A stretch of DNA of 64,000 nt, from contig JACWML010000004.1 in the NCBI GenBank assembly GCA_015661395.1, positions 4,910-68,909 on the forward strand, read 5' to 3'. Below the pieces are notes generated by a model that had not been told where the DNA came from, searched no databases, and saw only the letters and a program-made list of their open reading frames with translations. Shown here piece after piece: positions 34,297 through 47,540 of the stretch. Source of the DNA: Methanomicrobia archaeon. GTDB taxonomy: Archaea > Halobacteriota > Bog-38 > Methanoflorentales > Methanoflorentaceae. A program made the position numbers and the translations under genes. Each line of letters starts with the position of its first letter. Position 1 is the stretch's first letter.

Positions 34297-34575
34297 ATGT
34301 TGTTGCGCAGAGCCAAGTCGGCGAAAGAGAAACCACCAGTAAAGTACCACATTTCTGACGACGATTACTATTGGCTCGCCTCGCGCTTTTGTCAGAATAT
34401 GATGGCATTCGTTCTTGCGGCTACCAGGTTTGATGAGGATAAATCCGCTTACTTCGAGCACTTTTTCATTGATTTCCTCGACAGGCGAGGTATAAGTTAC
34501 TCGATCGTTAACGTCGATGAAACGAACAAGCAGCTGTGCATCATTAAGCCGTGGGAAAAACACATTACAAAATAG
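34297..34575 (+). CDS. hypothetical protein (92 aa), weak call
   Basis: It overlaps a longer antisense ORF (34075-34563) that looks less protein-like. No family recognised for either. Confidence 0.3.
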   Translation: MLLRRAKSAKEKPPVKYHISDDDYYWLASRFCQNMMAFVLAATRFDEDKSAYFEHFFIDFLDRRGISYSIVNVDETNKQLCIIKPWEKHITK

Positions 34576-34578
34576 GAG

Positions 34579-34686
34579 CGCCGAGGAAGGGATTTGAACC
34601 CCTGCGAGGCGAAAGCCTCACCAGCTCTCATTGAACCTAAGAGGAACGCTCAAGGCTGGCGCCGTAGTCCACTTGGCTACCTCGGC
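34579..34686 (-). tRNA. tRNA-Ser (anticodon UGA) with a 22-nt intron after position 37
   Basis: Hand-folded: acceptor GCCGAGG/CCTCGGC, anticodon stem CCAGC/GCTGG with loop CTTGAG[intron]A, long variable arm GAGGC-TTTC-GCCTC, T-arm AGGGG-TTCAAAT-CCCTT, discriminator G. Confidence 0.88.
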
Positions 34687-34757
34687 CGTCAACTCGTTCA
34701 TCACAAGCTTTGGCTTGCGCGTTTTTCAAGCAAAATCATCCTGAATGGGCGAGACCG

Positions 34758-35066
34758 TCAGCCTTCCAGTACTATTTCGATGTTGATATCTTTCGGGACT
34801 TGTATTCTCATGAGCTGCCGAAGCGCCCGCTCATCAGCATCAAGATCGATAAGTCGTTTGTGGACGCGCATTTCCCAGTGCTCCCACGTGGCAGTCCCTT
34901 CGCCGTCGGGACTTTTTCGCGTCGGTACTCTAAGCCTTTTCGTGGGAAGAGGGACTGGCCCGGACAGGTTGACTCCTGTCCTGTCGGCTATGCTCTTAAC
35001 TTGTTCACAAACGTGATCAAGCATTTCCGGGCTCGTTCCCGAAAGCCTTATTCTTGCTTTTTGCAT
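34758..35066 (-). CDS. rps10: 30S ribosomal protein S10 (uS10)
   Basis: [17 protein letters not shown]...[23 protein letters not shown]. Confidence 0.95.
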   Translation of the reverse strand: MQKARIRLSGTSPEMLDHVCEQVKSIADRTGVNLSGPVPLPTKRLRVPTRKSPDGEGTATWEHWEMRVHKRLIDLDADERALRQLMRIQVPKDINIEIVLEG

Positions 35067-35080
35067 TCAATCACGTGACG

Positions 35081-36346
35081 TTACCGGGGGACTATGTCGA
35101 TGCACATGCCCGCTGCGATAGTTTGTCCCATGTCCCGAATGGCAAAGCGACCCAATTGCGGTATCTCTTTTACTTTCTCTATTACCAAGGGCTTTGTCGG
35201 CCGGACTTGGATGATGGCTGCATCCCCTGTTTTGATGAAGTCTGGGTTGGCCTCTTTTACTTGACCGGTTCTGGGATCAAGCTTTGCCTTGATTTCCGTG
35301 AAGGTGCATGCCACCTGCGCTGTGTGCGCATGGAACACGGGCGTGTAGCCCGCAGTTATCGCACTTGGATGCTGCAAAACGACGATCTGGGCCGTAAATT
35401 CCTTTGCGACACTTGGTGGCGTGTCTTGATGACCGGTAACATCGCCGCGCTTAATATCCTTCTTAGCAACGCCACGGACGTTGAAACCAACGTTATCACC
35501 TGGAACGGCCTCTGGAATTTCTTCGTGATGCATTTCTATTGATTTGATTTCCCCTCGGATATTTGCGGGCTCGAATATTACCTTGTCTCCCCGCTTCATT
35601 ATGCCCGTTTCGACTCTGCCAACCGGCACCGTTCCGATACCTGAAATCGTGTATACGTCCTGTATGGGTAATCTGAGAGGCAACTTCACTGGTTTTTCAG
35701 GAACTTTGAACTTGTTGATCTCCTGTAACAGTGTCTCACCGCTGTACCACGACATGTTGTCACTAAGTTTGGTTACGTTATCACCTTTAAACGCCGAAAC
35801 TGGGACATATTGAACGTCCTCTTCTTTGTACCCGACTGTTTTCAGTAGCTTTCCTACTTCGTCTTTGACCTCATTGAACCGCTTCTCGCTATAATTTGAA
35901 GCATCCATCTTGTTGATCGCTACGATTAGCTGATTGATTCCGAGCGTCCGTGCGAGAAAGACGTGCTCTTTTGTTTGAGCCATTACACTGTCAGGCGCTG
36001 CAACCACCAATATTGCAGCATCAGCCTGCGATGCTCCGGTGATCATATTCTTTACGAAGTCGCGGTGACCTGGACAGTCGACGATAGTGAAGTAGTAGTT
36101 TTCCGTATCGAATCGTTGGTGTGCTATGTCGATCGTGACGCCGCGTTCGCGTTCTTCCTTTAGTGAGTCCATTACCCAGGCAAACTCAAAGGATCCTTTG
36201 CCCTTTGCCTCTGCTTCTTTCTTGTATGACTCAATTATGTGCGCACCTACATTGCCAGTCTCGAACAACAGCCTTCCAACTAACGTGCTCTTGCCGTGGT
36301 CAACGTGACCTATCATTGCTAAATTCAAATGGGGCTTTACAGCCAT
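35081..36346 (-). CDS. tuf: translation elongation factor EF-1 alpha
   Basis: [17 protein letters not shown] and NKMD. 421 aa. Confidence 0.97.
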   Translation of the reverse strand: MAVKPHLNLAMIGHVDHGKSTLVGRLLFETGNVGAHIIESYKKEAEAKGKGSFEFAWVMDSLKEERERGVTIDIAHQRFDTENYYFTIVDCPGHRDFVKNMITGASQADAAILVVAAPDSVMAQTKEHVFLARTLGINQLIVAINKMDASNYSEKRFNEVKDEVGKLLKTVGYKEEDVQYVPVSAFKGDNVTKLSDNMSWYSGETLLQEINKFKVPEKPVKLPLRLPIQDVYTISGIGTVPVGRVETGIMKRGDKVIFEPANIRGEIKSIEMHHEEIPEAVPGDNVGFNVRGVAKKDIKRGDVTGHQDTPPSVAKEFTAQIVVLQHPSAITAGYTPVFHAHTAQVACTFTEIKAKLDPRTGQVKEANPDFIKTGDAAIIQVRPTKPLVIEKVKEIPQLGRFAIRDMGQTIAAGMCIDIVPR

Positions 36347-36364
36347 TTTTGTTCTTTCCTCCTT

Positions 36365-38554
36365 TCAGCCTATGAAGTCGTGTGGTTTTGGCAGCTCGGC
36401 TTTTAGGCCTTTTCTCTGCCTTATCTGTTTTACTATCTCTGGTTGTAAGCTTTGCGTCAACACCTCAAATCCTAGGAATTCCGTGCTCCATATCGCGCGT
36501 CCTTCTGTCGCGGATCGTAAATCTCCGGCAAAACCGAACATTTCGGCGACTGGGGTTTTACCAACTACAACTACTGTGTCGCCTTCGGAGTCGATATCCA
36601 GTATTTGACCGCGCCTTCCTTGTATTTGTTGCGTCGCGCTTCCCATTAGGCTTTGGGGGACGCTGATAAAAACCTTCTGCATCGGTTCAAGTACCACGTC
36701 CTTGGCCATCAAGATGGCCGCGAATATCGCCTGTCTAACGGCAGGTATGACTTGCGCAGGACCTCGATGGACTGCGTCTTCGTGTAGGGTGACATCGACC
36801 AGTTTCACTTTTATGCCTTCGCAGGGTTCTCTTGTTAATGGCCCGGTCTTCATTGCTTCCTGGAATCCTTCTATGATCAGTTCCATCGTTTCACGCAGAT
36901 ATTGGATGCCTTTGGTCAGGTCTAGGAGAAGGTTTGATTCGAAGACAGCGGCGATGTTTCGCGCTTCATCTTTTTCGAGGCCAGCTTCCATTAAGATCGC
37001 TCGCCGTTCAGTTTCCGGGGCGTTCATGTTGATGGCGCCCTCCTTTAGTAAAACAATCACATCGCGCGGTAACGCTTCCACTTCGAAGTAGAACCGGTTA
37101 TGGCGGTTCGGAGACTTGCCCTCGACGGGTCCTGCACGGCCTTGAACTGTCTCTCTATACACCACAATCGGTTCTGACGTGGTGATTTGCACGTTTTTAT
37201 CTCTCTCGATTTTGTGGGCAATTATCTCGAGGTGCAGTTCGCCCATGCCAGATATCAAGTGTTCTCCAGTCTCTTCATTGATCGTCACCCGCAGCGTCGG
37301 ATCCTCCTTAGAGACTTGTCGCAGGACTTCAACGAGCTTAGGCAGGTCTTTCATGTTCTTGGCTTCGACCGCAACAGTAACTACTGGCTCACTTGCGTGT
37401 TTAATGCTTTCAAAAGGAGCGACTCCTTTTAGAGAAGAAACGGTCGAGCCCACTATCGCGTCTCGCAGTCCGGTGACGGCCGCGATGTTACCTGCCGGAA
37501 TTCGCTCAACTTCGATCCGCTCTGCGCCCATAAATATGCCTACCTGTTGAATTCGATTTTTGTTTGGCATGCCTGAAATTGAAAGCTCTTGTCCGCGTTC
37601 TAGCGACCCCGAGAAAAGTCGTCCTGTCGCAACTTCGCCTGCGTGAGGGTCGATAGATATGTCGGTAACCATAAGCTCTACGGGACCGTGTTGGTCGCAA
37701 CTCAGCATCGCTTTGCCCTCATCCGAGTTCTTGTCTCCGTGCCATATCACAGGAACGCGTTGCTTTTGCGCTTGCAGCGGATTCGGGAGGTGCGTGATAA
37801 CCATATTTAGCACTATTTCATGAAGCGGGCTGCGGTCTGCAAGATCTTTTTGCTTGTTATTTGCACAGTATTCATATACATCTTTGAATGTGATCTTCGT
37901 TTTTTCCATTTGAGGGACGCTTAAGGCCCAGTTGTACAGCGCGGATCCGAACGCAACAGAACCATCATCGACCTTAACTTTCCAGCCCTCATTGAACTTC
38001 TTCTCGCTCATCCCCTTGATCAGCTTGTTAACGTGATTGATTAAATTGACGAACTTGCCCATCATAGCCTGTGGATCTAATTTGAGCTCGTTAACAAGTC
38101 TGTCGACTTTGTTAATGAAGAGAATTGGTTTGACATTTTCCTTGAGCGCTTGTCGCAAGACTGTTTCTGTTTGAGGCATCGTCCCTTCAACGGCATCGAC
38201 TACGACGACTGCTCCGTCAACCGCTCGCATGGCCCGTGTGACGTCTCCCCCGAAATCGACGTGCCCCGGCGTATCGATGAGGTTGATTAAGTACTCATTG
38301 CCAAGAAACTCGTGAACCATCGATACGTTCGCTGAGTTGATTGTGATACCTCTTGCTTGTTCTTCTTCGTCAAAGTCCATGAATAGTTGTGTGCCAGCCA
38401 GCTCCTTTGAAATCATGCCTGCTCCGGCGAGCAGATTGTCAGAAAGCGTAGTCTTGCCGTGATCTATATGCGCTACAATCCCTATGTTGCGTATATTTTC
38501 TGGTCGGTCCATGAGCGTCGTGACACGCTCAACCATTTTTTGCCTGCTTACCAT
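36365..38554 (-). CDS. fusA: translation elongation factor EF-2
   Basis: [20 protein letters not shown] and NKVDR. 729 aa. Confidence 0.97.
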   Translation of the reverse strand: MVSRQKMVERVTTLMDRPENIRNIGIVAHIDHGKTTLSDNLLAGAGMISKELAGTQLFMDFDEEEQARGITINSANVSMVHEFLGNEYLINLIDTPGHVDFGGDVTRAMRAVDGAVVVVDAVEGTMPQTETVLRQALKENVKPILFINKVDRLVNELKLDPQAMMGKFVNLINHVNKLIKGMSEKKFNEGWKVKVDDGSVAFGSALYNWALSVPQMEKTKITFKDVYEYCANNKQKDLADRSPLHEIVLNMVITHLPNPLQAQKQRVPVIWHGDKNSDEGKAMLSCDQHGPVELMVTDISIDPHAGEVATGRLFSGSLERGQELSISGMPNKNRIQQVGIFMGAERIEVERIPAGNIAAVTGLRDAIVGSTVSSLKGVAPFESIKHASEPVVTVAVEAKNMKDLPKLVEVLRQVSKEDPTLRVTINEETGEHLISGMGELHLEIIAHKIERDKNVQITTSEPIVVYRETVQGRAGPVEGKSPNRHNRFYFEVEALPRDVIVLLKEGAINMNAPETERRAILMEAGLEKDEARNIAAVFESNLLLDLTKGIQYLRETMELIIEGFQEAMKTGPLTREPCEGIKVKLVDVTLHEDAVHRGPAQVIPAVRQAIFAAILMAKDVVLEPMQKVFISVPQSLMGSATQQIQGRRGQILDIDSEGDTVVVVGKTPVAEMFGFAGDLRSATEGRAIWSTEFLGFEVLTQSLQPEIVKQIRQRKGLKAELPKPHDFIG

Positions 38555-38576
38555 GTGCTTCGCCGAAAATACTGCG

Positions 38577-39149
38577 TTATCGCGCTGCCTTAGCCACTCG
38601 TTCTTTTTCTTCTTTCTTGCTTATCGAGAAGCTACGGACGTCATTCTTTGCGGCAGCTATAATCTCTGAGGCAAGGCAATCGTCAAAAGTGCGTTTACTT
38701 TTAAATGCAGTCTTTTTTGCGCCTTGCGCGATGTACATTAGCGCTAAATCGACACGCCGCTGAGACGCAGTGTCGACAGCTTTTGGGACCGATATACCGC
38801 CGTATTTCAACCGTACTGTCTCTTCCCGAGGTCCTGCGTTTTCGACGGCTTGAATGAGCAACTTCACCGGGTTTTCCTTTGTGCGCTTGTTTATTGTTTC
38901 GAATGACTTTTTTATAGTGCCATACGCCTTGATTTTCTTTCCCGTGTTACCTTCTCCGCGCATGAGTTTGTTGGTTAGCCGCTCGACGATAGATAAGTTT
39001 GACTTGTTGAATTGCTGGCGCGCGTGTCTTCCGCCGGTGAGAATTGCTGGTGATTCAAAGTGAACGTAGCGCCTTACACCCGGGTCTTCAACGTGAATGT
39101 CGGCAATCTCCCACTTGCCGAAGAGTAAGCTATTGTTATCTGTTGGCAT
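38577..39149 (-). CDS. rps7: 30S ribosomal protein S7 (uS7)
   Basis: The 190-aa length, its position between S12 and EF-2, and the conserved LTNKLMR...GKK and RVDLA segments. Confidence 0.93.
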   Translation of the reverse strand: MPTDNNSLLFGKWEIADIHVEDPGVRRYVHFESPAILTGGRHARQQFNKSNLSIVERLTNKLMRGEGNTGKKIKAYGTIKKSFETINKRTKENPVKLLIQAVENAGPREETVRLKYGGISVPKAVDTASQRRVDLALMYIAQGAKKTAFKSKRTFDDCLASEIIAAAKNDVRSFSISKKEEKERVAKAAR

Positions 39150-39154
39150 GTTCT

Positions 39155-39583
39155 CTACCTTACTGGTTTTTCTTTTCTGCCGCGGACCATTTCTTCAAGA
39201 GAAACGTTATTCACCTTTATAACCTTGAACCGCACGCCTGGGATATCTCCCATTGAGCCACCCATTCTGCCGCCAATCCCTTCCACGGTTACCTCGTCGT
39301 GCTCGTCGATGAAGTTCACAGCTGCTACCCCGGGACAGAAGGCGGTTACCTGTCGTCCGTTTTTGATCAGTTGGATTCTGACGCACTTGCGTATAGCTGA
39401 ATTTGGCTGCTTTGCTTCTACGCCTACTTTTTCAAGCACTATTCCTCGTGCTTGCGGTGCGCCTTCTAACGGGTCCGCTTTTTCGTCCAGATGGAGTACG
39501 CGACGGCTGAAGTTTTTGTCGCTCCATCGAAACGCTTTATGGTCCTTTTTCAGTTTACGTGCCGAATATATGCCCCTTCCCAT
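39155..39583 (-). CDS. rps12: 30S ribosomal protein S12 (uS12)
   Basis: [36 protein letters not shown]. Confidence 0.95.
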   Translation of the reverse strand: MGRGIYSARKLKKDHKAFRWSDKNFSRRVLHLDEKADPLEGAPQARGIVLEKVGVEAKQPNSAIRKCVRIQLIKNGRQVTAFCPGVAAVNFIDEHDEVTVEGIGGRMGGSMGDIPGVRFKVIKVNNVSLEEMVRGRKEKPVR

Positions 39584-39606
39584 GATGACTCCTCGTTTGA
39601 AGGATA

Positions 39607-40038
39607 TTACTGAATAATCACGTCTTCTAGGCCGTAGTGCCTTTGCGCAAGCACTTTTGCTTTTTGAATGTTTCTGCCGTTTTTTCCAATCGCTATTCCA
39701 CGATCCTTGGACATGACTTCAACGTAGGCAAGTTTCCTGTTCTCTTTTACAACGACTTGTACTCTCTTAACGAAAACTGGTTGAAGTGCATTGGCAACAA
39801 ACTCGTCGACTTCATCGGAGTACTCGACTATTTCGATGTGCTTCCCGATTGATTTTTTCACTCTGTTTATGTTGTTGCCATTCTTGCCGATCGCAAGGCC
39901 CATATCTCCTTTCTTGACGACGAATATCACGCGATCGTTCTCGTCGTCGACATAGCAATCACGGGCGATTGCTCCGGTTAAACTCTCAAACAAGGCTATG
40001 TAGCGTATCCCTTCTGTTGTGAGCTTAACTTCTGTCAT
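39607..40038 (-). CDS. nusA: archaeal NusA-like protein (two KH domains)
   Basis: Two GxxG KH motifs (AIGKNGNNI and AIGKNGRNI). 143 aa, in the conserved position. Confidence 0.9.
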   Translation of the reverse strand: MTEVKLTTEGIRYIALFESLTGAIARDCYVDDENDRVIFVVKKGDMGLAIGKNGNNINRVKKSIGKHIEIVEYSDEVDEFVANALQPVFVKRVQVVVKENRKLAYVEVMSKDRGIAIGKNGRNIQKAKVLAQRHYGLEDVIIQ

Positions 40039-40339
40039 TATTTATCTCCTTTTCCCTTAGAGACATAATGTCTGAAGATCCTGGATCTACGATCGAAAGG
40101 GCGGATATCGTGAACGGCTTTCCACAAACTGATCCTAATTCTACGCTGTTGACCTCGAGACTCGCCGTAGACACACTGCTTGATAATATTATATCGCGAA
40201 ACCTTTGCGGACAGTTAGAGGCCAGGATAACCAACTGGGCGTCGCCTTTCTTGATTGATTTAAGAGTATTTTTTGCGCCTACCGAGACCGTTCCGTCTCT
40301 GATTGCCGTTCTTAAGGATTTAGCGATATCTAGCTCCAT
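40025..40339 (-). CDS. rpl30e: 50S ribosomal protein L30e
   Basis: 104 aa with the AQLVILASNCP...ELGSVCGKPF pattern. Conserved position downstream of rpoA''. Confidence 0.9.
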   Translation of the reverse strand: MELDIAKSLRTAIRDGTVSVGAKNTLKSIKKGDAQLVILASNCPQRFRDIILSSSVSTASLEVNSVELGSVCGKPFTISALSIVDPGSSDIMSLREKEINNDRS

Positions 40340-40353
40340 TTTTGCCTCAGAAT

Positions 40354-41493
40354 TTATACTTTGCTCGTTCTTGCGACTAACCGAACGTCGCCAGTTCCGA
40401 GTCGAATAGGTTGGCCCACAATCACGTTCTCGGTGACGCCTTCAAGCTCGTCTATCTCGCCGCGGACGGCGGCATCGAGCAAGTGATTTACGGTGACTTC
40501 AAAAGCAGCTCGCGACAGCACACTCGTTTTTTCTCCTGCAATACCGTGCCGCCCAATCTGTTTCACTTCGCCATCAATTGTCATCATATCTGCCACAAGC
40601 ATTATATGCCTAACATCAACTGTCAGTCCTTGCTCACGCAACGTGCTCATTGCCTCGTCAATGATGGAGTTCCGGGCTGCTTCGATACCGAAAACCTCAG
40701 CCATCTCGTTGATGTTATTTGTCTTCGTTCGGGTCGCGTCAATGTGTGCTAGCGGTATGACCTTTTTCAAAGACGAACCCTCTGTGTAGAGAACGTACTC
40801 CTCGCGTTCTTTTCGTACGACGACCCGCTTAATATCGTCGATGCCTTTAATGACCATTGTCCTGACTTTTTCTACGATTTGAAGCAAGGCCCTGTAGCGC
40901 TTGACTGAAGGGCTCAATACTACGTTAGATCCATCTACGCGAACATCGACATCCTGAAGCGCCTGAAGTTTAGTCACAACGTCGTCCAAATCGACCCGCC
41001 GCTGTTGCAGAACCCGGTCATCAAATTCTAAATAGATCTGCATCTCATCCGTATCAGTAAGGATATCTGCAATGTCGCTTACTCGCGTCGCTTCAATCTC
41101 CCAGCCAAGTTCCAAGGCTTTGTCTCTGTCATTCGCGTTCTCGGCATCGAGATATATAGTCATCATCGGTGTATCAGGTACTTTTCGGGCGTCGACTATT
41201 TCTATGAGCCTCGGAAGTCCAAGCGTAACATTGATGTCAGCTACCCCTGCGTAGTGAAAAGTCCTCATTGTCATTTGCGTTCCGGGTTCTCCGATTGACT
41301 GGGCTGCGATCGTTCCAACGGCCTCGCACGGTTCCACTTTCGATCTTGCGTACACGTCTTGCGTCGTCTGAAGTATCTCAGTGATTTCGTTTTCGGACAG
41401 CTGCAAGCTATTTAATTCTGCAAATAGATCGTTCTTTACGTTTAAAGGCAACTTAAGTCCACTTACTGCTTCTTGAAGATCCATGGAACTCAC
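40354..41493 (-). CDS. rpoA2: DNA-directed RNA polymerase subunit A''
   Basis: [27 protein letters not shown]. 379 aa. Confidence 0.96.
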   Translation of the reverse strand: MSSMDLQEAVSGLKLPLNVKNDLFAELNSLQLSENEITEILQTTQDVYARSKVEPCEAVGTIAAQSIGEPGTQMTMRTFHYAGVADINVTLGLPRLIEIVDARKVPDTPMMTIYLDAENANDRDKALELGWEIEATRVSDIADILTDTDEMQIYLEFDDRVLQQRRVDLDDVVTKLQALQDVDVRVDGSNVVLSPSVKRYRALLQIVEKVRTMVIKGIDDIKRVVVRKEREEYVLYTEGSSLKKVIPLAHIDATRTKTNNINEMAEVFGIEAARNSIIDEAMSTLREQGLTVDVRHIMLVADMMTIDGEVKQIGRHGIAGEKTSVLSRAAFEVTVNHLLDAAVRGEIDELEGVTENVIVGQPIRLGTGDVRLVARTSKV

Positions 41494-44147
41494 CCGCTTC
41501 TGTGTTTTTCAATGACGCTCTGTACGATTTTCTGCACGTTGACAGACTTACCATAGTCACTTTTGGTAGGGTCAATGCCGTCTTCCCCGTAAACGAACTG
41601 AACGACTTTCTCTCCGGATCGCACTGTCCCGTCATATTGCACTTCCAAGTCTTGGAGCGCGTTTATGAGCCGTCTTTGGAGGTATCCAGACTGAGACGTC
41701 CTAACAGCCGTGTCGACAAGCCCCTCTCTTCCTCCAATAGCGTGAAAGAAGAACTCTGTCGGCGTCAGGCCCTTCTTGTAGCTCGACCTGACGAAGCCGC
41801 GCGCATCAGCGCCAAGATCGCCTTTTCTAAAATGAGGCAGCGTCCTATCGTAGTATCCTCGGCTGATCCGCTCACCTCTCACTGACTGTTGGCCTACGCT
41901 GCCGGCCATCTGCGTAAGGTTCAACATTGACCCGCGCGCTCCGGAAACAGCCATCACGACAGCCGAATTGTCAAGTGCTAGCTCGCCTGCAAATCCGAGG
42001 TTCTTCCCCGCAATTTCTCCTGCCTTATCTCTTGCGCGACCGAGTTCTTGCATTATTTTCATCTCTAGAGTTTCGTTGAGCGTCCGACCAGGCATGGATT
42101 CAAGCTCTCCGAATTCATAAGCATTTATTAGCGCCTCGACGCGCTCTTCCGCTTTTTCTATGATCTCTTCTATTTCCAGTTGTGCCTGCTGAGAAACGTC
42201 TTCGTCATCAATTCCGAAGCTGAACCCGAACTTCATGATGCTTCTTATCGCAAGTTTAGTCGCGTTATCCAGAAATCGCGACGCCTCTGTAAAACCAGTA
42301 TCATGGTATTCCCTGATTATGCCATCCAGTATTGCGCCGCTAAAGGCCCCAATTGATTTTTCATCAATTATGCCACAAATCAAGTTGCCTGCTTCAATCT
42401 TGACGTATGCATCTATTTCACACTCAGTTTTGAGGCATACTCCATGCATGACGCATTTCTTGGCTTTTAGTGTCAGATTCAGCTGCTCTGGGAGTATTTG
42501 ACTGAACACCTGCTTGCCGCTGTAAAAGGCTACGTCTTCTTCTATGATTGCAGGTTCAGGGAGCGGTTTTTCAACGGTGCACTTCTTAAGAAGCTCGTAG
42601 ACTTCGCTTTTTGTAAATTTAGAACCTTTTTGGGTAAGCAAAAAGAGCCCGGAGATATGGTCGTGTATCCCGCCAATAATCGGGCCGCCGAACCTTGGGG
42701 AGAGGATGTTTTGCTCCACTTGCATAAGGATGCGCGCTTCGGCGCGCGCTTCTTCGGTTTGCGGCACGTGCAGGTTCATTTCGTCTCCATCGAAATCGGC
42801 GTTGTACGGTGGGCATACGGCGGGGTTTAGCCGAAAAGTCTTGAAAGGCATCACTTTGACTCTATGAGCCATGATGCTCATTCGATGGAGTGATGGCTGT
42901 CGGTTGAAAAGGACAATATCCCCGTCCTTTAGCTGTCTTTCGACGACCCATGCGTTTTCAACTGTCTCCGCGATCTCGTCTCCGTTCTTGTCTGTAATCT
43001 TCACGCGTCTCCCGTCAGGTCGTTTTATATAGTTCGCTCCGGGGTGGTTAAGCGGGCCGCGCTTAATATACTCCTGCAACGCCCCCATATTCCGCGGGGT
43101 CACAATAATAGGCACGGTCATCTCACGGGCGATAGCTTCAGGAACGCCCACTTCATTCACACTGAGGTTGGGGTCAGGGGAAATGACGGTTCGTGCCGAG
43201 AAGTTCACCCTTTTACCCGAGAGACTCCCTCTGAATCGCCCGTCTTTGCCTTTGAGTCTTTGCGAGAGCGTTTTCAAAGGCCTCCCGCTGCGATGTCTTG
43301 CAGGGGGCACTCCTGACACTTCGTTGTCAAGGAATGTGGTGATGTGATACTGCAAGAGTTCCCACAGGTCTTCGATAATAAGTTGCGGTGCGCCTGCCTC
43401 ACGATTTTCTTGAAATCTCTGGTTTATTCTGATGATGTCTACGAGCTTGTGCGTTAGGTCATCTTCGGATCTTTGGCCGTTTTCAAGCGTGATCGAGGGT
43501 CGTGTAGTTACAGGCGGGACAGGCAAGACTGTTAGTATCATCCATTCCGGACGTACGTTAGTGGCGTCGAGACCGAGCAGCTCAATGTCGCTATCTGGTA
43601 TCCGTTCAAATCTATCACGGATATCTGCCGGCATCAATTTGTGACTATCTTCAACGTAGCGAGTCGGCTTTTCGTACTTTATCTCCTTCTGCTGCTCTGC
43701 ACAGTAGGGGCACGTGATTGCTTTTCGCGCTTCTTTGATGACGTTTTTGACAATCTCTTCAGTGGAGTAACTCTTGTCCTTCAGTTCGTGCATTTTGAGA
43801 AGGAATTCGTGCTGCTGCATCTCATCGAGCAACAGGTGTCCGCAGCGGCGACATGTGGCTCTAAGTATTTTCCGTATAAGCTTTGCAAATCCAACGTGGA
43901 CTACGGGAGCGGCAAGTTCGATATGGCCGAAGTGGCCAGGGCATTCGCCCGCACGCTGTGCACAGGTCTTGCATCGAAGGCCTGGGTCTATAACTCCCAG
44001 CCGCGGATCCATAAGACCCATTTCAATGGGGAAACCGTCGTCATCATAAGTGTCAGCAGTAATAACTTTCGTTACACTCATCTTCCGATATTCTTTTGGT
44101 GAAAGCAATCCAAATTTGATTTTTCCGATTCGCTTAGGGCTGCTCAT
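41490..44147 (-). CDS. rpoA1: DNA-directed RNA polymerase subunit A'
   Basis: Zinc motifs ([20 protein letters not shown]) and the catalytic [10 protein letters not shown]. The start was set at the ATG at 44147, preceded by ggaggat. The track ORF start at 44201 overlaps the end of rpoB'. Confidence 0.96.
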   Translation of the reverse strand: MSSPKRIGKIKFGLLSPKEYRKMSVTKVITADTYDDDGFPIEMGLMDPRLGVIDPGLRCKTCAQRAGECPGHFGHIELAAPVVHVGFAKLIRKILRATCRRCGHLLLDEMQQHEFLLKMHELKDKSYSTEEIVKNVIKEARKAITCPYCAEQQKEIKYEKPTRYVEDSHKLMPADIRDRFERIPDSDIELLGLDATNVRPEWMILTVLPVPPVTTRPSITLENGQRSEDDLTHKLVDIIRINQRFQENREAGAPQLIIEDLWELLQYHITTFLDNEVSGVPPARHRSGRPLKTLSQRLKGKDGRFRGSLSGKRVNFSARTVISPDPNLSVNEVGVPEAIAREMTVPIIVTPRNMGALQEYIKRGPLNHPGANYIKRPDGRRVKITDKNGDEIAETVENAWVVERQLKDGDIVLFNRQPSLHRMSIMAHRVKVMPFKTFRLNPAVCPPYNADFDGDEMNLHVPQTEEARAEARILMQVEQNILSPRFGGPIIGGIHDHISGLFLLTQKGSKFTKSEVYELLKKCTVEKPLPEPAIIEEDVAFYSGKQVFSQILPEQLNLTLKAKKCVMHGVCLKTECEIDAYVKIEAGNLICGIIDEKSIGAFSGAILDGIIREYHDTGFTEASRFLDNATKLAIRSIMKFGFSFGIDDEDVSQQAQLEIEEIIEKAEERVEALINAYEFGELESMPGRTLNETLEMKIMQELGRARDKAGEIAGKNLGFAGELALDNSAVVMAVSGARGSMLNLTQMAGSVGQQSVRGERISRGYYDRTLPHFRKGDLGADARGFVRSSYKKGLTPTEFFFHAIGGREGLVDTAVRTSQSGYLQRRLINALQDLEVQYDGTVRSGEKVVQFVYGEDGIDPTKSDYGKSVNVQKIVQSVIEKHRSG

Positions 44148-44160
44148 GTGATCCTCCCGA

Positions 44161-45978
44161 TTAGACCGCGTCTTCCAATTCAATGCGGGGGGCAATACCA
44201 AGAGCCTTCATCTCATCTAGCAACAATTTGAAAGCGTAGCTCATTTCAACTTTGTAGATATCGGTATCTGCTCCGCAATTAGGGCAATAGACTACGTTAC
44301 GACGTTTATCAAAAGTGGCTATCATCCCGCACGCAGTACATACATACTCTTCAACTTTGTCTGATTCGTCGACGAGTCGTTCTTTCAACGCCAAAGCCGC
44401 GCCGTGGCCAATCATCACATCACGCTCCATCTCGCCGAATCGTAATCCTCCTTCGCGCGCTCGACCTTCGGTCGGTTGATGCGTTAGCACTTGGACGGGT
44501 CCACGCGATCGCGCGTGCAGTTTCTCTGACACCATGTGGTGCAGCTTTTGGTAAAGGATCACCCCGACAAACATGTCGGCGGCCAGCATTTCGCCCGCGA
44601 TCCCGTCGTACAGTACCTCCTTCCCTGTATGCGAGAAGCCGTTTCTTTTCAGCGCGGCCCTCAAAGTGACTTCAGGTTCGCCAGAAAATGCAGTACCGTC
44701 TATCCGCCTTCCTTCGAGACTTCCGACTTTTCCGCCTATCATCTCCAAAACGTGGCCGACGGTCATTCGCGATGGGATCGCATGAGGATTGATGATCAAA
44801 TCAGGAACGATCCCGTCTTCGGTAAATGGCATGTCTTCTTGCGGCACGATGAGTCCGATTACACCTTTCTGCCCGTGTCTCGAAGCGAACTTGTCTCCTA
44901 GTTCCGGTACTCTTTGATCCCTAGTTCTGACTTTGACTAATCTGGATCCGTTCTCACCTTCCGTAATGATGACTGCGTCCACAACGCCACTCTCATTCGA
45001 ACGCATCGTCACGGAAGTTTCACGCCTTTTTTGGGTGCTGATGCCACCGAGCTCCGTGGGCTCTTCGAGAAATCTTGGCGGGCTAGTCTTTCCTACCAGC
45101 ACATCATTGGGTTGCACTTCGGCCTCTGGATTGACGAAACCGTCTTCGTCTAGGTTTGCATAAACTTCCGGGCCCCGTGCGCCGCGAACTTCCGCGTCAG
45201 GTATTTCAAACTTATCTTCTTGCCCCCCCGGGTATCGGCGTTCTTCAGCTTCGTAGGTGCGGAAAAAGTGGCTTCTGCCCAGTCCTCGTTCGATCGAGTT
45301 CTTATTGATAATGAGAGCATCTTCAATGTTGTAGCCCTCGTAGGATTGGACGGCGACAACGAAGTTCTGTCCCGAGAGCCTGTCGTCAAAGCCTACCGCT
45401 TCCATTGCGTTCGTTTTTACGAGTCCGAGCTGCGGATAATGCAAATAGTGCGAACGAGTATCGGGTCTCAGCTTCCAGTTGGCGCACGAAGCGCCTAACG
45501 ACTGCTTTACCATACCCGCCCCCATTGTGTTGCGCGGCGAGGCATTATGCTCCGGGTATGGGACCAACCCCGTAGCTATCCCCAAAATGAGCGATGGATC
45601 GATCTCGAGGTGTGTATGTTCACTAGTAAGATCTTCAGGCGCGACAGCAACGTAGATATTCTCTTCCTCTTCGGCATCGATGTACTCAATGAGTCCGTTT
45701 TCTACAAAATCGTCAAAAGAGAGCTCTCCTTGTTTGAGCTTCAGGATGTGCTCTTCGGAAATGAGCGGTGCCCCCCCCTCAATAATTATAAGCGGCCTAC
45801 GAGCTCTTCCGGAATCCGTGTTGATATTGATTTCGTTCGTGTCTTCGTGATAAGCAATATTTATCAGATGCGGAAGCTCGCCGCGTCTTCGTTTTGTTCG
45901 AAATTGGTCAACAAATTGCTTTGGATTGCTGTGCGTTCCCTTTAGGGCGCCATCAAGGTAGATCCTAGCTTCAGTCAT
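44161..45978 (-). CDS. rpoB1: DNA-directed RNA polymerase subunit B' (C-terminal part of split RpoB)
   Basis: [24 protein letters not shown] and the C-terminal zinc ribbon CTACG...CPNCG. The start was set at ATG 45978, which overlaps the rpoB'' stop (ATGACTGA). Confidence 0.95.
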   Translation of the reverse strand: MTEARIYLDGALKGTHSNPKQFVDQFRTKRRRGELPHLINIAYHEDTNEININTDSGRARRPLIIIEGGAPLISEEHILKLKQGELSFDDFVENGLIEYIDAEEEENIYVAVAPEDLTSEHTHLEIDPSLILGIATGLVPYPEHNASPRNTMGAGMVKQSLGASCANWKLRPDTRSHYLHYPQLGLVKTNAMEAVGFDDRLSGQNFVVAVQSYEGYNIEDALIINKNSIERGLGRSHFFRTYEAEERRYPGGQEDKFEIPDAEVRGARGPEVYANLDEDGFVNPEAEVQPNDVLVGKTSPPRFLEEPTELGGISTQKRRETSVTMRSNESGVVDAVIITEGENGSRLVKVRTRDQRVPELGDKFASRHGQKGVIGLIVPQEDMPFTEDGIVPDLIINPHAIPSRMTVGHVLEMIGGKVGSLEGRRIDGTAFSGEPEVTLRAALKRNGFSHTGKEVLYDGIAGEMLAADMFVGVILYQKLHHMVSEKLHARSRGPVQVLTHQPTEGRAREGGLRFGEMERDVMIGHGAALALKERLVDESDKVEEYVCTACGMIATFDKRRNVVYCPNCGADTDIYKVEMSYAFKLLLDEMKALGIAPRIELEDAV

Positions 45979-47536
45979 CAGCTTCAACCTCCGACACGAC
46001 TTCGCGTCCGATGGGCGTATAGCCAAGTTCTTCAAGTGCCGACAGGACAGTAGTTTCGTCTTCTAGAGCGGTTGAAAGTTCGACCTGCTGAGCAAAGTTC
46101 TTTACGAGGCCACAGTTTGGGCCTTCTGGTGTCTCACTCGGACAGATGCGGCCCCATTGAGTCGGGTGCAGGTCACGGGCCTCAAAGTGAGGCTGCGCTC
46201 GAGACAGCGGTGAAATTACCCTTCTCAAGTGCGACAACATCGCCATGTAGTCGGTTCGGTCAAGGAGCTGCGACACGCCTGTTCGCCCTCCGACCCAGTT
46301 CCCAGTGGCAAGGGGGTGGGTGAGCCTCTCTGTTAGGACATCTGCCCTCACCGCAGTCAACACATTAAGCTCGCGATTTCTCATGTCCGCTCGCTCAAGC
46401 TGGTACTTGATGTCTCTTGTAAGTCGACTAAACGAGACGCGAAAGAGATCTTCCATCAGATCGCCAGCGAGTTTCAAACGCTTGTTAGCGTAGTGGTCTT
46501 TATCATCTTCTCCGCGTTTGCGCAGAGCAAGTTTGAAGCAGGCTTCCGCCATTCTCCCGAGAAAGTGCGCTTTGACGAGTCGCGTTTCTTCCTCGGAGAG
46601 AAGCGGATCATTTAAGTGGGGCAGGAGATAGCGATCGACAACATAATTAGACCGTTTCGCCTGATATTCGGTCGCTTGGCCAGCAGCAACTTTCTCGCCG
46701 AGTCTTTTCATGGATGATTCCTGAATTCTTAGGTGGTATGGTTCAAGCGACTCCTCTGCGTCTTGGGGAAAGTCTTCTGCCTCCTCGATATTCTCTAACA
46801 TGAATTTGATGATTTCCGGATCATCGGATACTGATTGGACAATGTCTTGATCAGTCACCAGACCAAGCGCTCTGACAAGCATTATGTAGTTGATTCGCCC
46901 GGAAACCGAGGGGAATGAGACCTCCAGAATCGAGTCACGCCCCCTTTCTACCATGACCAGCGCTTTGTACCCTCTGCGCTGTGAAAAAACTTTGGCGACC
47001 TCTATTCGTCCGCCATAGCGTTCATCATACTCAGCAAAGATCTTGTTTGGTGCGAGATCCTCGAGGGTTATTATTACCCGCTCTGATCCGCTGACAATGA
47101 AGTATCCGCCGGGATCCGCCGGATCTTCGCCCAGCTTGACCATCTGACCGTCGGAGAGTTTTGAGAGGTTGCACGCCTTCGAACCCACCATTATCGGCAT
47201 TAGGCCGACTTCGACTTCCTCAGGTTCTTTTTCGATGTCTCCTTGTATGAGGGTCATTTCGAGAAAAATTGGTGCGGCATACGTAATGTTTCGAAGTCGC
47301 GCTTCCGTAGGGTAAAGCTCCTCGAGCGAGCCGTCTGCTTCGCGCACTTTTGGCGTATCAACCCGAATACGGCCAAGCTTCACGAGAAGGCCGGGGACGT
47401 CTGTATCGATTACGGTCTGCTCATCAATGATCTTCTGTAACCCTAGCTCGATAAAATCGTCAAAAGAGTTGATGTGATGCTGCGCAATCTTGTCTCTTGT
47501 GAAATAGCTTCTGGATATTGCCTGCCTGTCTATCAA
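45971..47536 (-). CDS. rpoB2: DNA-directed RNA polymerase subunit B'' (N-terminal part of split RpoB)
   Basis: 521 aa with [10 protein letters not shown] and the end ...[17 protein letters not shown], characteristic of the N-terminal half of RpoB. Confidence 0.95.
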   Translation of the reverse strand: MIDRQAISRSYFTRDKIAQHHINSFDDFIELGLQKIIDEQTVIDTDVPGLLVKLGRIRVDTPKVREADGSLEELYPTEARLRNITYAAPIFLEMTLIQGDIEKEPEEVEVGLMPIMVGSKACNLSKLSDGQMVKLGEDPADPGGYFIVSGSERVIITLEDLAPNKIFAEYDERYGGRIEVAKVFSQRRGYKALVMVERGRDSILEVSFPSVSGRINYIMLVRALGLVTDQDIVQSVSDDPEIIKFMLENIEEAEDFPQDAEESLEPYHLRIQESSMKRLGEKVAAGQATEYQAKRSNYVVDRYLLPHLNDPLLSEEETRLVKAHFLGRMAEACFKLALRKRGEDDKDHYANKRLKLAGDLMEDLFRVSFSRLTRDIKYQLERADMRNRELNVLTAVRADVLTERLTHPLATGNWVGGRTGVSQLLDRTDYMAMLSHLRRVISPLSRAQPHFEARDLHPTQWGRICPSETPEGPNCGLVKNFAQQVELSTALEDETTVLSALEELGYTPIGREVVSEVEADD

Positions 47537-47540
47537 ATTC

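Noticed and set aside
34075-34563. A 162-aa minus-strand ORF between hisG and tRNA-Ser.
   Set aside because: No motifs, an odd composition (many Cys/His/Trp and a Pro/Ser tail), and it overlaps a more protein-like plus-strand ORF. Neither is strongly supported, so only the plus-strand ORF is listed, at low confidence.
36372-47440. Many 60-150 aa ORFs antisense to, or out of frame within, EF-2, EF-1alpha, rpoA', rpoA'', rpoB' and rpoB'' (for example 36702-37091, 41502-41885, 43641-44102, 45547-45945).
   Set aside because: They lie entirely inside strongly supported conserved genes and have low-complexity or Ser/Arg/Cys-rich composition typical of shadow frames.
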